Assembly (NCBI GenBank): GCA_046757025.1
Contig: JBHHXN010000143.1
Coordinates: forward strand, 1-13,460
Length of the DNA stretch: 13,460 bases
Direction: 5' to 3'
Source: a bacterium
GTDB taxonomy: Bacteria; Zhuqueibacterota; Zhuqueibacteria; Oceanimicrobiales; Oceanimicrobiaceae
Part shown: positions 1-7,885 of the stretch, piece after piece
Numbering within the stretch: position 1 is the first letter of the stretch
Layout of the letters: every line of letters begins with the position of its first letter
Notes under the pieces: model-generated
Seen by the model: the letters and a program-made list of their open reading frames with translations, nothing else
Told to the model about the DNA's origin: nothing
Database searches by the model: none
Made by a program: the position numbers and the translations under genes

Positions 1-2576
1 AAGCCGAGCTGCCGCTGCTTGTGATGGCGGACGTGGAGTGGGGCTTGCCCATGCGCGTGGACGAGAGTACGCGATTTTTACAAAACATGGCCATCGGCGC
101 CACGGCTAACGAAACGTACGCGTATGAAATGGGGGCGATTACGGCCAAAGAAGCTCGGGCCATCGGCGTGCACATCGGCTTTGCGCCGGTGCTGGATGTG
201 AACAACAATCCGGACAACATTATCATCAACACGCGCTCGTTTGGAGAAGAGCCGTCCCTGGTGGCGAAGCTTGGCAGTGCCTTCATCAAAGGTCTGCAGG
301 ACCACGGCGTGTATGCCACGGCCAAACATTTTCCCGGGCACGGCGATACCAACATCGATTCGCATCTGTCCTTACCCACCATTTCCGCTTCGCGCGAGCG
401 CATTCGAACGGTGGAGCTGCCGCCGTTTCGAGCCGCGGTGGAGGCCGGCGTAAAATGCTTCATGGTAGCGCACATCACGTACAGCGATTTTCCCGAAATG
501 CAGGGCCGGCCGGCCACCCTCGATAAATATTTTATCCAAGAGGTGTTGCGAAAAGAGATGGGCTTCGACGGGCTGGTTTTCACCGACGCCATGGGCATGG
601 GCGGCATTACAGAGAACTACTGGTCCGGTGAAGCCGCGGTCCTGGCTATCAATGCCGGCATAGACATGGTGTTGTTATCGCCAAATTTTGAAGCCACGTT
701 CGACTTTGTTGTGCAAGCCGTCAAAAGCGGTCGCATTGCCATGCAGCGCATCGACGAATCTGTGAAGAGAATATTGCAGGCCAAGCTGGCTTTCGGGCTG
801 GATCGCAAGCCCGAAATCCGATTTGAACAGATGGAATCCATCATTGCCTCTCCCCAGCATCAGGCAAAAGCCGAGGAGATGGCGGATGCAGCCATGACCC
901 TGCTACGGGACGACAAAAACCTCTTTCCCCTGCAAGCCGAAAAACTCAACAGCGTGCTGGCGCTGACGGTTTCCGATGATCCGGCCTACGTTTTTCGCGG
1001 CGACGCCATGAACCGGGAAATCGCCTGGCGGGTGCCGGGCATGCAAACCGCCTTTGTGGACCCCAGAACAACCGAAGAGGAGATGCAGGAGATTGTGGCC
1101 AAAGTCGATTCGGTAGATGCCGTAATTGCAGGCGTGTTCGTGAAATGGGGCAGCTACAAAGGCTCCATCGCGCTGCCCGACACCACCGCGAAGCTGCTTT
1201 CAGACTTCTTCAAAATGGATAAACCCATGGCGGTGGTCGCTTTTGGCTCGCCGTATGTCATCCGGCAAATTCCGGACGTACCTTCCTATTTGTGCGCTTA
1301 CGAGACCGTGCCTTTGGCCGTGCGTTCAGCCATGCGGGCGGTCTTTGGCGAAATCCCTCTCAATGCAAAGCTGCCGGTCTCCATTCCAGGCTTCTTCGAG
1401 ATCGGCGATGGACTCGAACGACCCCGCCGCATGATGGAGCTGGTGAAAGCCATTGACGACGATATTTTGGAAGACGCGTATGCGGTGTTGAAGAAGGCCA
1501 TTGCCGATTCGATTTTCCCCGGCGCCCAAGTGGCGGTGATACGCGACGGTAAAATAATTGCCAGCCGCGGGTTTGGCCGGCAGAAATACGAGCCGTCTTC
1601 ACCGGCTGTGACCAGGGAAACGATTTATGATCTGGCTTCGGTCACCAAAGTAGCGGCCACCACCGTCACCGCCATGCGCTTGTGGGAACAGCGAAAAATT
1701 GTCCTGGATATCCCGGTGAAAAGCTATTTGCCCGATTTTCAGGGCGGTGAAAAAGACGCGGTGACCCTGCGTCATCTGCTGACCCATTCCTCCGGCGCCC
1801 ACTGGTGGGTGGACCTCTGGAACAAAGCCCAAAACAAACAGGAAGCGCTGGAATACATTTATCAGCTTCCGCTTGATTTTGCGCCTGGCGATTCCATGAT
1901 TTACTCTGATTTGGGTTTGATCATGGCGGGAAAAATTCTGGAAACGGTGACCGGCAAACCGCTGGACCAACTGGCGGCGGAAACCATCCACAAACCATTG
2001 GGGATGAAAAATACCATGTACAATCCTCCGAAAGCCTTGCTCAGCAGAATCGCGCCCACAGAAATCGGCGGCAGCATGAACCGCGGTTTGATCCACGGCG
2101 ACGTGCACGATGAAAACGCGTTCTTCTTGAACGGGGTGTCTTCGCACGCCGGGCTGTTTTCCACCGCCGAGGATCTGGCCATCCTGGCACAAATGCTTAT
2201 CAACGGCGGCATTTACGGACATCGTCGTTATTTTTCACCAACTACAATCAAATATTGGACCCGCCGGCAGCATCTGCCGGAGTGGAGTGACCGTGCCATC
2301 GGCTGGGATACGCCTTCTGATGAGCGCTCGTTAGCCGGGGACTATTTTTCCGAAGGCAGCTTTGGGCACACGGGGTTTACCGGCACGTCCATCTGGGTGG
2401 ATCCTAACCGCAAAATCGCCATCATCCTTTTGACCAATCGCGTTTATCCCACACGCGAGCGCGGCGGTATGTCTCAGGTGCGGCGGGATTTTCACAACGC
2501 CGCCATGAAAGCGATCTTGCAAGAAATGGGCGAGGAGATTTCTGACGAGAAAGAAAAATCGTCTGAAAAGTTCTAA
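1..2576 (+). CDS. GH3 beta-N-acetylglucosaminidase (NagZ-type) fused to a C-terminal serine hydrolase/beta-lactamase-fold (AmiE-like) domain; 5'-partial
   Basis: The frame is open from base 3 (AELPLLVMADVEWG), so the gene starts upstream of the window and GTG21 is not the true start. GH3 motifs: APVLDVNNNP..IINTRSFG, the NagZ signature KHFPGHGDTNIDSH (from nt 324), and the nucleophile in VFTDAMGM. The C-terminal domain has SxxK (ASVTK, Ser at nt 1638), LLTHSSG, YSDLG and GHTGFTG. Confidence 0.93.
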   Translation, partial: AELPLLVMADVEWGLPMRVDESTRFLQNMAIGATANETYAYEMGAITAKEARAIGVHIGFAPVLDVNNNPDNIIINTRSFGEEPSLVAKLGSAFIKGLQDHGVYATAKHFPGHGDTNIDSHLSLPTISASRERIRTVELPPFRAAVEAGVKCFMVAHITYSDFPEMQGRPATLDKYFIQEVLRKEMGFDGLVFTDAMGMGGITENYWSGEAAVLAINAGIDMVLLSPNFEATFDFVVQAVKSGRIAMQRIDESVKRILQAKLAFGLDRKPEIRFEQMESIIASPQHQAKAEEMADAAMTLLRDDKNLFPLQAEKLNSVLALTVSDDPAYVFRGDAMNREIAWRVPGMQTAFVDPRTTEEEMQEIVAKVDSVDAVIAGVFVKWGSYKGSIALPDTTAKLLSDFFKMDKPMAVVAFGSPYVIRQIPDVPSYLCAYETVPLAVRSAMRAVFGEIPLNAKLPVSIPGFFEIGDGLERPRRMMELVKAIDDDILEDAYAVLKKAIADSIFPGAQVAVIRDGKIIASRGFGRQKYEPSSPAVTRETIYDLASVTKVAATTVTAMRLWEQRKIVLDIPVKSYLPDFQGGEKDAVTLRHLLTHSSGAHWWVDLWNKAQNKQEALEYIYQLPLDFAPGDSMIYSDLGLIMAGKILETVTGKPLDQLAAETIHKPLGMKNTMYNPPKALLSRIAPTEIGGSMNRGLIHGDVHDENAFFLNGVSSHAGLFSTAEDLAILAQMLINGGIYGHRRYFSPTTIKYWTRRQHLPEWSDRAIGWDTPSDERSLAGDYFSEGSFGHTGFTGTSIWVDPNRKIAIILLTNRVYPTRERGGMSQVRRDFHNAAMKAILQEMGEEISDEKEKSSEKF

Positions 2577-2600
2577 TCTGTTATTCAGACTTCTAATTCG

Positions 2601-2660
2601 TTTGAAATATTTTCAAAAGCAATTTCTGAAAATATTTTTGGTTCAAATCATTTTGAACCA
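2601..2660. promoter_or_regulatory. Operator-like inverted repeats upstream of the first symporter
   Basis: TTTGAAA-tat-TTTCAAA (2601-2617) and TGGTTCAAA-tcat-TTTGAACCA (2639-2660) both have perfect arms. A consensus TTGACA lies at 2681-2686, but no good -10 sits at canonical spacing. Confidence 0.45.
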
Positions 2661-2806
2661 CATAGGACGAAGCTGTTATATTGACATTCATTACACGGCA
2701 TTTGAACTTTAGTTGCAATTCTCGATTAGCCAAACATCTATTTAAATACTAAATAACTCAGTCAATAATCCCTTACTGTTTCGCATGATTAACACAAGGA
2801 GCGCCA

Positions 2807-4297
2807 ATGGGTTTTTCTACAATTGATATAATTATTGTTGTTGTGTATATGGCAGTTTCCGCAGGCTTTGGCGCCTGGATTGGCCGCAAGCAAAAGGACA
2901 CCACGGACTATTTCCTCGGCGGCCGGCGCATTCCCTGGTTCGCGGTGACCTTCAGCATCGTCGCCACCGAAACCAGCGTCCTCACTTTCATCAGCATTCC
3001 TGCGGTTTCCTACCAGGGCAACATGACCTTCCTGCAAATCGTGTTCGGATACGTGGTGGGAAGAATCCTCGTGGCGCTGATCCTGATTCCCGCCTACTAC
3101 CGCGGCAGCATGGACACCGCCTACCATTTTCTCGGCGCCCGCTTTGGTCAGAAAATGCGCAACACCGCCAGCGTGACTTTTATGTTGACGCGCTTGTTAG
3201 CCGACGGCGTGCGGCTGTTTGCCACCGCCATTCCGCTGGCCATCATCATCAAAGGCAGCGGCGCGTTTAGCGGTTTTTCCGATTCGCAGTTTTACGCCCT
3301 GTCGATTTTGTTCATCGGCTTGCTGACCATGGTTTACACCTACATTGGCGGCATCCGCTCCGTCATCTGGATGGACGTGATTCAGATGGCCATTTACATG
3401 GGGGGAGCCATTCTGGCCGTTATCCTGATTTTGAATCGCCTGCCGGAGGGACTGGCTACAGTCACCAATTGGGCCGCTGACGATGATAAATTCCAGTGGC
3501 TGTATTGGGGATCAGAACTGCCGTTTGCCGAATTTATCCAAAAACCGTACACTTTTTTTACAGCATTGTTCGCCGGCGCGATTTTCAGCCTGGCGTCGCA
3601 CGGCACCGATCAGTTGATCGTGCAGCGCGTGTTAACCTGTAAAGATAAAAAGGCCGGCCAAAAAGCCATTGCGTTTAGCGGATTTGCCGTACTCATCCAA
3701 TTTATTATTTTTCTGTTTTTAGGAACTTTACTTTTTGCCTATTATAAAGGTCTCAGCCCCGACGAGTTGGGATTAACCCGGGCTGATGGCATATTCCCGA
3801 AATTTATTGTAGAAGAAATGCCCAGTGGCATCAGCGGTTTGATTGTCGCAGCCCTTTTTGCTGCCGCCATGAGTACGCTGTCGAGCAGCCTTTCCAGTCT
3901 GTCGAGTGCAGCGGTATTGGATATTTATATTCCGCTGGCAGGCAAAAGCAAGTCCGATGCTGAGCTGTTGAAAATATCCCGTCTGGTCACCCTGGTCTGG
4001 GGCGTCGTGTTGATGCTGGCGGCGGTGGTTTTTATCGGTTTAAAAGGCACGGTGGTGGAGGTGGCTCTGGGCATTGCCTCCTACACTTACGGCGGGTTGC
4101 TGGGTACGTTTTTGTTAGGGTTGATCTATAAACCGGCGGTGCAGCGGGACGCTATCATCGGATTCATTTTTGCCCTTTTGGGTATGGCGGTGGTCATTCA
4201 AACCATTCAGATCGCCTGGCCGCTTTACACGGTGGTGGGAAGTCTGACGACCGTCGTCGTCGGTATTTTATCCCATAAAGTTTTTTCGCGTGCCTGA
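2807..4297 (+). CDS. Sodium:solute symporter (SSS/SLC5 family), 496 aa; probable sugar/amino-sugar importer
   Basis: RBS AAGGAG (2796-2801). Many hydrophobic TM segments. SSS motifs DYFLGGRRIPW, SIVATETS, YTYIGGIRSVIWMDVIQ, GTDQLIVQRVL and GLIVAALFAAAMSTLSSSLSS. The substrate is inferred from gene context only. Confidence 0.92.
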   Translation: MGFSTIDIIIVVVYMAVSAGFGAWIGRKQKDTTDYFLGGRRIPWFAVTFSIVATETSVLTFISIPAVSYQGNMTFLQIVFGYVVGRILVALILIPAYYRGSMDTAYHFLGARFGQKMRNTASVTFMLTRLLADGVRLFATAIPLAIIIKGSGAFSGFSDSQFYALSILFIGLLTMVYTYIGGIRSVIWMDVIQMAIYMGGAILAVILILNRLPEGLATVTNWAADDDKFQWLYWGSELPFAEFIQKPYTFFTALFAGAIFSLASHGTDQLIVQRVLTCKDKKAGQKAIAFSGFAVLIQFIIFLFLGTLLFAYYKGLSPDELGLTRADGIFPKFIVEEMPSGISGLIVAALFAAAMSTLSSSLSSLSSAAVLDIYIPLAGKSKSDAELLKISRLVTLVWGVVLMLAAVVFIGLKGTVVEVALGIASYTYGGLLGTFLLGLIYKPAVQRDAIIGFIFALLGMAVVIQTIQIAWPLYTVVGSLTTVVVGILSHKVFSRA

Positions 4298-4422
4298 GTC
4301 GGGGTGATTTTTTAAAATTAAAGAAAGACTATTGCATAAATTAACTGAATCAACTAAATCAATCTGAAATCATCATTGCGGTTTTGTTTTCTCATTTGGG
4401 CTTAACCATAAAAAATATCAGG

Positions 4423-4485
4423 GTCATTGGGAATCTCCTGCCTGAATCACATTTGGATTCCCGCTCAACACCACGCGGGAATGAC
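4423..4485. repeat. REP/dRS3-like palindromic element, left half degenerate
   Basis: The stem ATTCCCGC(4457-4464)-10 nt loop-GCGGGAAT(4475-4482) ends in GAC. The outer ends GTCATT(4423-4428) and AATGAC(4480-4485) are complementary, and GGGAATC(4429-4435) is complementary to GATTCCC(4456-4462). It resembles the widespread GGATTCCCGC..GCGGGAATGAC intergenic repeats. Confidence 0.6.
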
Positions 4486-4500
4486 ACTTGAGGAGCAGAT

Positions 4501-4551
4501 ATGAAAAAAATAAAATGGTTCAGGTTCTCTGTTTTCGATGTGGAAGCGTAG
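4501..4551 (+). CDS. Putative 16-aa small ORF (MKKIKWFRFSVFDVEA); leader peptide or gene remnant
   Basis: GAGGAG at 4490-4495, 5 nt before ATG4501; TAG at 4549-4551. It is below the ORF-track size cut-off. Confidence 0.3.
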   Translation: MKKIKWFRFSVFDVEA

Positions 4552-4604
4552 CAATTTGAAATACAAATGGACGTTATCATTCAAAAATTACGGAGGGGTC
4601 AGAA

Positions 4605-6362
4605 ATGCAGGTCAGTTTTCTCGATTGGACATTTGTCGTCGTATATTTTGTTTTAGCGCTGGGAATTGGATTATATTTTTCCAAAAGAGCCGGCGGCAAT
4701 ATTACAGAGTATTTTACATCCGGGAGAAGTTTGCCCTGGTGGTTGGCGGGTACCAGCATGGTCGCCACGACCTTTGCTGCAGATACCCCCCTGGCCGTAA
4801 CCGAACTTGTGGCCAATCATGGCATCGCTGGCAATTGGCTCTGGTGGAACATGGTGATGAGCGGATTGCTAACGGTTTTTTTGTTCGCCCGACTGTGGCG
4901 GCGAACCGAAGTCCTGACAGACGTGGAATTTACCGAACTCAGATATTCCGGCAAACCGGCGGCCATTTTGCGCGGTTTCAGAGCGCTCTACCTGGCCATT
5001 CCCATCAACCTGATCATTTTGGGCTGGGTGACACTGGCATTAGTCAAAATAATTGAATTGACCATCGGCGTGGATAAATGGATTGCTGTGGGAATATGCG
5101 TGGTCGTGACGTTACTTTACAGCGGTTTAAGCGGACTCTGGGGCGTAGTAATGACCGATTTCCTGCAGTTCATCATCGCCATGGTTGGCTCCATCGCACT
5201 GGCCATTTTCGCCACCGACGCGGTCGGCGGAATTGGCGGCTTAAAAACCGAGTTGATTCGAATTTACGGCCCGGAACACGACGTGCTCAACTTTGCGCCG
5301 GCGGTCGGCTCGGTCTGGATGCCGGTGACCGCTTTTTTGGTCTATCTTGCGGTTAACTGGTGGGCGGCCTGGTATCCCGGCGCCGAACCCGGGGGCGGTG
5401 GTTACATTGCCCAGAGAATGTTTTCCACAAAAGATGAGCGCCATTCGTTTTTAGCCACGCTCTGGTTCAACATTGCGCATTATGCCCTGCGGCCCTGGCC
5501 CTGGATCATGGTGGCTTTGGCCAGTCTGGTGCTGTTCCCGGATATTGAAGATAAACAAACCGGCTACATTTTAGTTATGCTCAATCACTTGCCCGTGGGC
5601 TTTAAAGGACTGTTGCTCGCGTCTTTTGCAGCAGCGTTCATGTCCACGGTCAGTACCCAGCTCAACTGGGGCAGCTCCTACCTGGTGAACGATTTTTACA
5701 AAAGATTTGTGAAGAAAGATGGATCGCCGGAACATTACGTTTTGGTTGCCCGCCTGGCAACCGTCGGCCTGGTGTTAGCCGGCGCCGTGGTGACTTCGCA
5801 GATGGAAACCATCGCCGGCGCCTGGAAATTCTTGCTGGCGCTGGGAGCGGGAACCGGCGCGGTTTATATCCTGCGCTGGTTCTGGTGGCGAATCAATGCC
5901 TGGTCCGAGATTTCCGCCATGATCACGTCCTTTGTGGTGGCGATATTCCTGCAATCCGTGCTGGGCATGGACACCGCCGACGCCAACGTGTTCGCGAAAG
6001 TTATGTTGATCACGGTAGCGGTGAGTACTTTAGTCTGGCTGACGGTGACGTTTCTAACCCGTCCTGAAAAGGAAGAGACCTTACTGAAATTCTACCGAAA
6101 AGCCCGACCCGGCGGCAACCTCTGGAAACCCATTTCAGCCCGGGCTCCGGAGGTGGCGACCGACAAAGGATTAGGCTGGGATTTTTTGGACTGGGCTGTG
6201 GGGCTGGCGCTGATTTATTCGGCACTCTTTGGCGTGGGAAAAATCATTCTGGGCTCCACTCTGATTGGCTTTTCGTTGTTAGCATTGGCGGCGGCTTGTT
6301 TTGTTTTTATTCGCTGGGATTTGAATCGCCGAGGGTGGAAGACATTCGGTGAGGAAAATTAA
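4605..6362 (+). CDS. Sodium:solute symporter (SSS/SLC5 family), 585 aa; second, distinct subfamily
   Basis: RBS GGAGGGG (4592-4598). Motifs EYFTSGRSLPWWLAGTSMVATTFAADTP, YSGLSGLWGVVMTDFLQF, GGGYIAQRMFS and GLLLASFAAAFMSTVSTQLN. Multiple TM helices. Confidence 0.92.
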   Translation: MQVSFLDWTFVVVYFVLALGIGLYFSKRAGGNITEYFTSGRSLPWWLAGTSMVATTFAADTPLAVTELVANHGIAGNWLWWNMVMSGLLTVFLFARLWRRTEVLTDVEFTELRYSGKPAAILRGFRALYLAIPINLIILGWVTLALVKIIELTIGVDKWIAVGICVVVTLLYSGLSGLWGVVMTDFLQFIIAMVGSIALAIFATDAVGGIGGLKTELIRIYGPEHDVLNFAPAVGSVWMPVTAFLVYLAVNWWAAWYPGAEPGGGGYIAQRMFSTKDERHSFLATLWFNIAHYALRPWPWIMVALASLVLFPDIEDKQTGYILVMLNHLPVGFKGLLLASFAAAFMSTVSTQLNWGSSYLVNDFYKRFVKKDGSPEHYVLVARLATVGLVLAGAVVTSQMETIAGAWKFLLALGAGTGAVYILRWFWWRINAWSEISAMITSFVVAIFLQSVLGMDTADANVFAKVMLITVAVSTLVWLTVTFLTRPEKEETLLKFYRKARPGGNLWKPISARAPEVATDKGLGWDFLDWAVGLALIYSALFGVGKIILGSTLIGFSLLALAAACFVFIRWDLNRRGWKTFGEEN

Positions 6363-6477
6363 CTGGCATTTATTGAACACTTTTGGACAATACCTGAAAA
6401 GTGGATTTCGTTTAAACCGCTTTTCTTTAAATCTTAATGTAAAAAACTGGAAGCTTAATAGATTGTGCAATTTAGAT

Positions 6478-6506
6478 TTGCCTGATAATGGTAAATTTTG
6501 TAAATT
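6478..6506 (+). promoter_or_regulatory. Candidate sigma70-type promoter for the R-M cassette
   Basis: TTGCCT(6478-6483)-17 nt-TAAATT(6501-6506), about 50 nt upstream of ATG6557. The region is AT-rich, so a chance match is possible. Confidence 0.3.
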
Positions 6507-6556
6507 GATAAATTATTAAAGAGGCTAAAATTTTACAGAATTGAATGGCTTAAATT

Positions 6557-7885
6557 ATGAAAACCACTCACAAATGTATCATCGGCGACTCCAGAAAGAT
6601 GAAAGAGGTAGAAGACTCTTCGGTGCATCTCATCGTCACCTCGCCCCCTTATTGGCAATTAAAAGATTATGGAACTACAAATCAGATTGGATTCAACGAT
6701 TCTTATGAGGTGTACATAAATAACCTCAATCTTGTTTGGAATGAATGTAATCGAGTTCTGCACCCGGGATGTCGAATGCTGATAAATATTGGCGATCAAT
6801 TTGCCAGAGCAGTTTATTACGGAAGATATAAGGTTATTCCAATCCGTACTGAAATCATTAAGTTTTGCGAGGCAATTGGTTTCGATTATATGGGAGCGAT
6901 CATCTGGCAAAAGAAAACAACCATGAACACAACCGGGGGCGCAACCGTGATGGGTTCTTTCCCATTTCCTCGCAACGGAATCATTGAAATTGATTATGAA
7001 TTCATATTGATTTTTAAAAAACCTGGCCAAAGTCCTAAAGTAAGCACGGCAGTCAAAGAACAATCTCGAATTCCAAAAGAAAAATGGAAAGAATATTTTT
7101 CTGGTCACTGGTATTTTAACGGAGCTAAACAAGACCATCATATAGCAATGTTTCCCATTGAATTGCCAAAACGAGCTATTGAGATGTTTACCTTTGTTGG
7201 TGAAACCGTTCTTGATCCATTTCTTGGTAGTGGGACAACTTCTCTGGCTGCAATGATAAAAAATAGAAACTCTATCGGTTATGAAATCAATAAAGATTTT
7301 TTGCCTGTCATCAAAAAGAAGTTGAACGCTGAAACAACTTCCTTATTTAGCGAAAATGAATTCATCTTAGAAGAGCAGGCCCCTGTGGATATCGATTTGA
7401 ATACTGAAATTGAAAAAATGCCTTATCTTTTTTCAGATCCAGTGAAATTTGATAAGAAAGTTGACCCAAACAAACTCAAGTTTGGCTCGAAGATAAGTGT
7501 TGTTGATGGAATAAATGGAGCCAAGCGGGAACAATATTATACGGTTAAACAATTAATTTCACCTAACCTGATTAAGCTAAACAACGATTTAATTGTTCGA
7601 TTAATTGGCGTGAAGCCCAGCTCTACAAATCAAAACGCTGCCATGACATTTTTAACCAATAAAATACTAAGCAGACAAATATTTCTCAAATTTGATGAAA
7701 CGAAATATGACAAAAATAACTATCTAATGGCCTATGTTTATATGAAAAATAAAACTTTTGTCAACGCGCATCTTCTGAAGCACGGTTTTGCTGAAATCGA
7801 CACTGAATTTTCTTTCAAGTACAACCAGAAATTTGAGAAACTACTACAGAAAAAATTCCATTATGAAAACGAAACTAAAACTTAG
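6557..7885 (+). CDS. Site-specific DNA methyltransferase (N4/N6 family, beta class, probably m4C) with a C-terminal degenerate thermonuclease (SNase-like) domain
   Basis: Catalytic motif IV VTSPPY (TSPPY at nt 6638-6652) precedes SAM-binding motif I VLDPFLGSGTT (DPFLGSGTT at nt 7214-7240), which is the beta order. HIAMFPIELP and IGYEIN are also present. SPPY is typical of m4C enzymes. Residues ~326-432 (YTVKQLISPNLIKL..VRLIGV..KYDKNNYLMAYVY..FVNAHLLKHGFA) follow the SNase pattern. Confidence 0.9.
   Translation: MKTTHKCIIGDSRKMKEVEDSSVHLIVTSPPYWQLKDYGTTNQIGFNDSYEVYINNLNLVWNECNRVLHPGCRMLINIGDQFARAVYYGRYKVIPIRTEIIKFCEAIGFDYMGAIIWQKKTTMNTTGGATVMGSFPFPRNGIIEIDYEFILIFKKPGQSPKVSTAVKEQSRIPKEKWKEYFSGHWYFNGAKQDHHIAMFPIELPKRAIEMFTFVGETVLDPFLGSGTTSLAAMIKNRNSIGYEINKDFLPVIKKKLNAETTSLFSENEFILEEQAPVDIDLNTEIEKMPYLFSDPVKFDKKVDPNKLKFGSKISVVDGINGAKREQYYTVKQLISPNLIKLNNDLIVRLIGVKPSSTNQNAAMTFLTNKILSRQIFLKFDETKYDKNNYLMAYVYMKNKTFVNAHLLKHGFAEIDTEFSFKYNQKFEKLLQKKFHYENETKT

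Noticed and set aside
21..23. GTG21 as the start of the GH3 gene
   Set aside because: The frame is open to the window edge, and the upstream residues (ELPLLV) belong to the conserved GH3 PLL..D.E.G motif.
1440..2576. Antibiotic-resistance beta-lactamase call for the C-terminal domain
   Set aside because: YSD and HTG motifs plus fusion to NagZ fit an AmiE-like amidase/esterase better than a class C beta-lactamase (YxN, KTG).
4538..5056. 172-aa + strand ORF overlapping the second symporter
   Set aside because: Alternative-frame shadow of a well-supported SSS gene, with no recognisable motifs.
7788..7862. ORF-track start of the endonuclease at 7788
   Set aside because: It would overlap the MTase by about 100 nt and add a non-family-like N-terminus. 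ATG7863 is more plausible.
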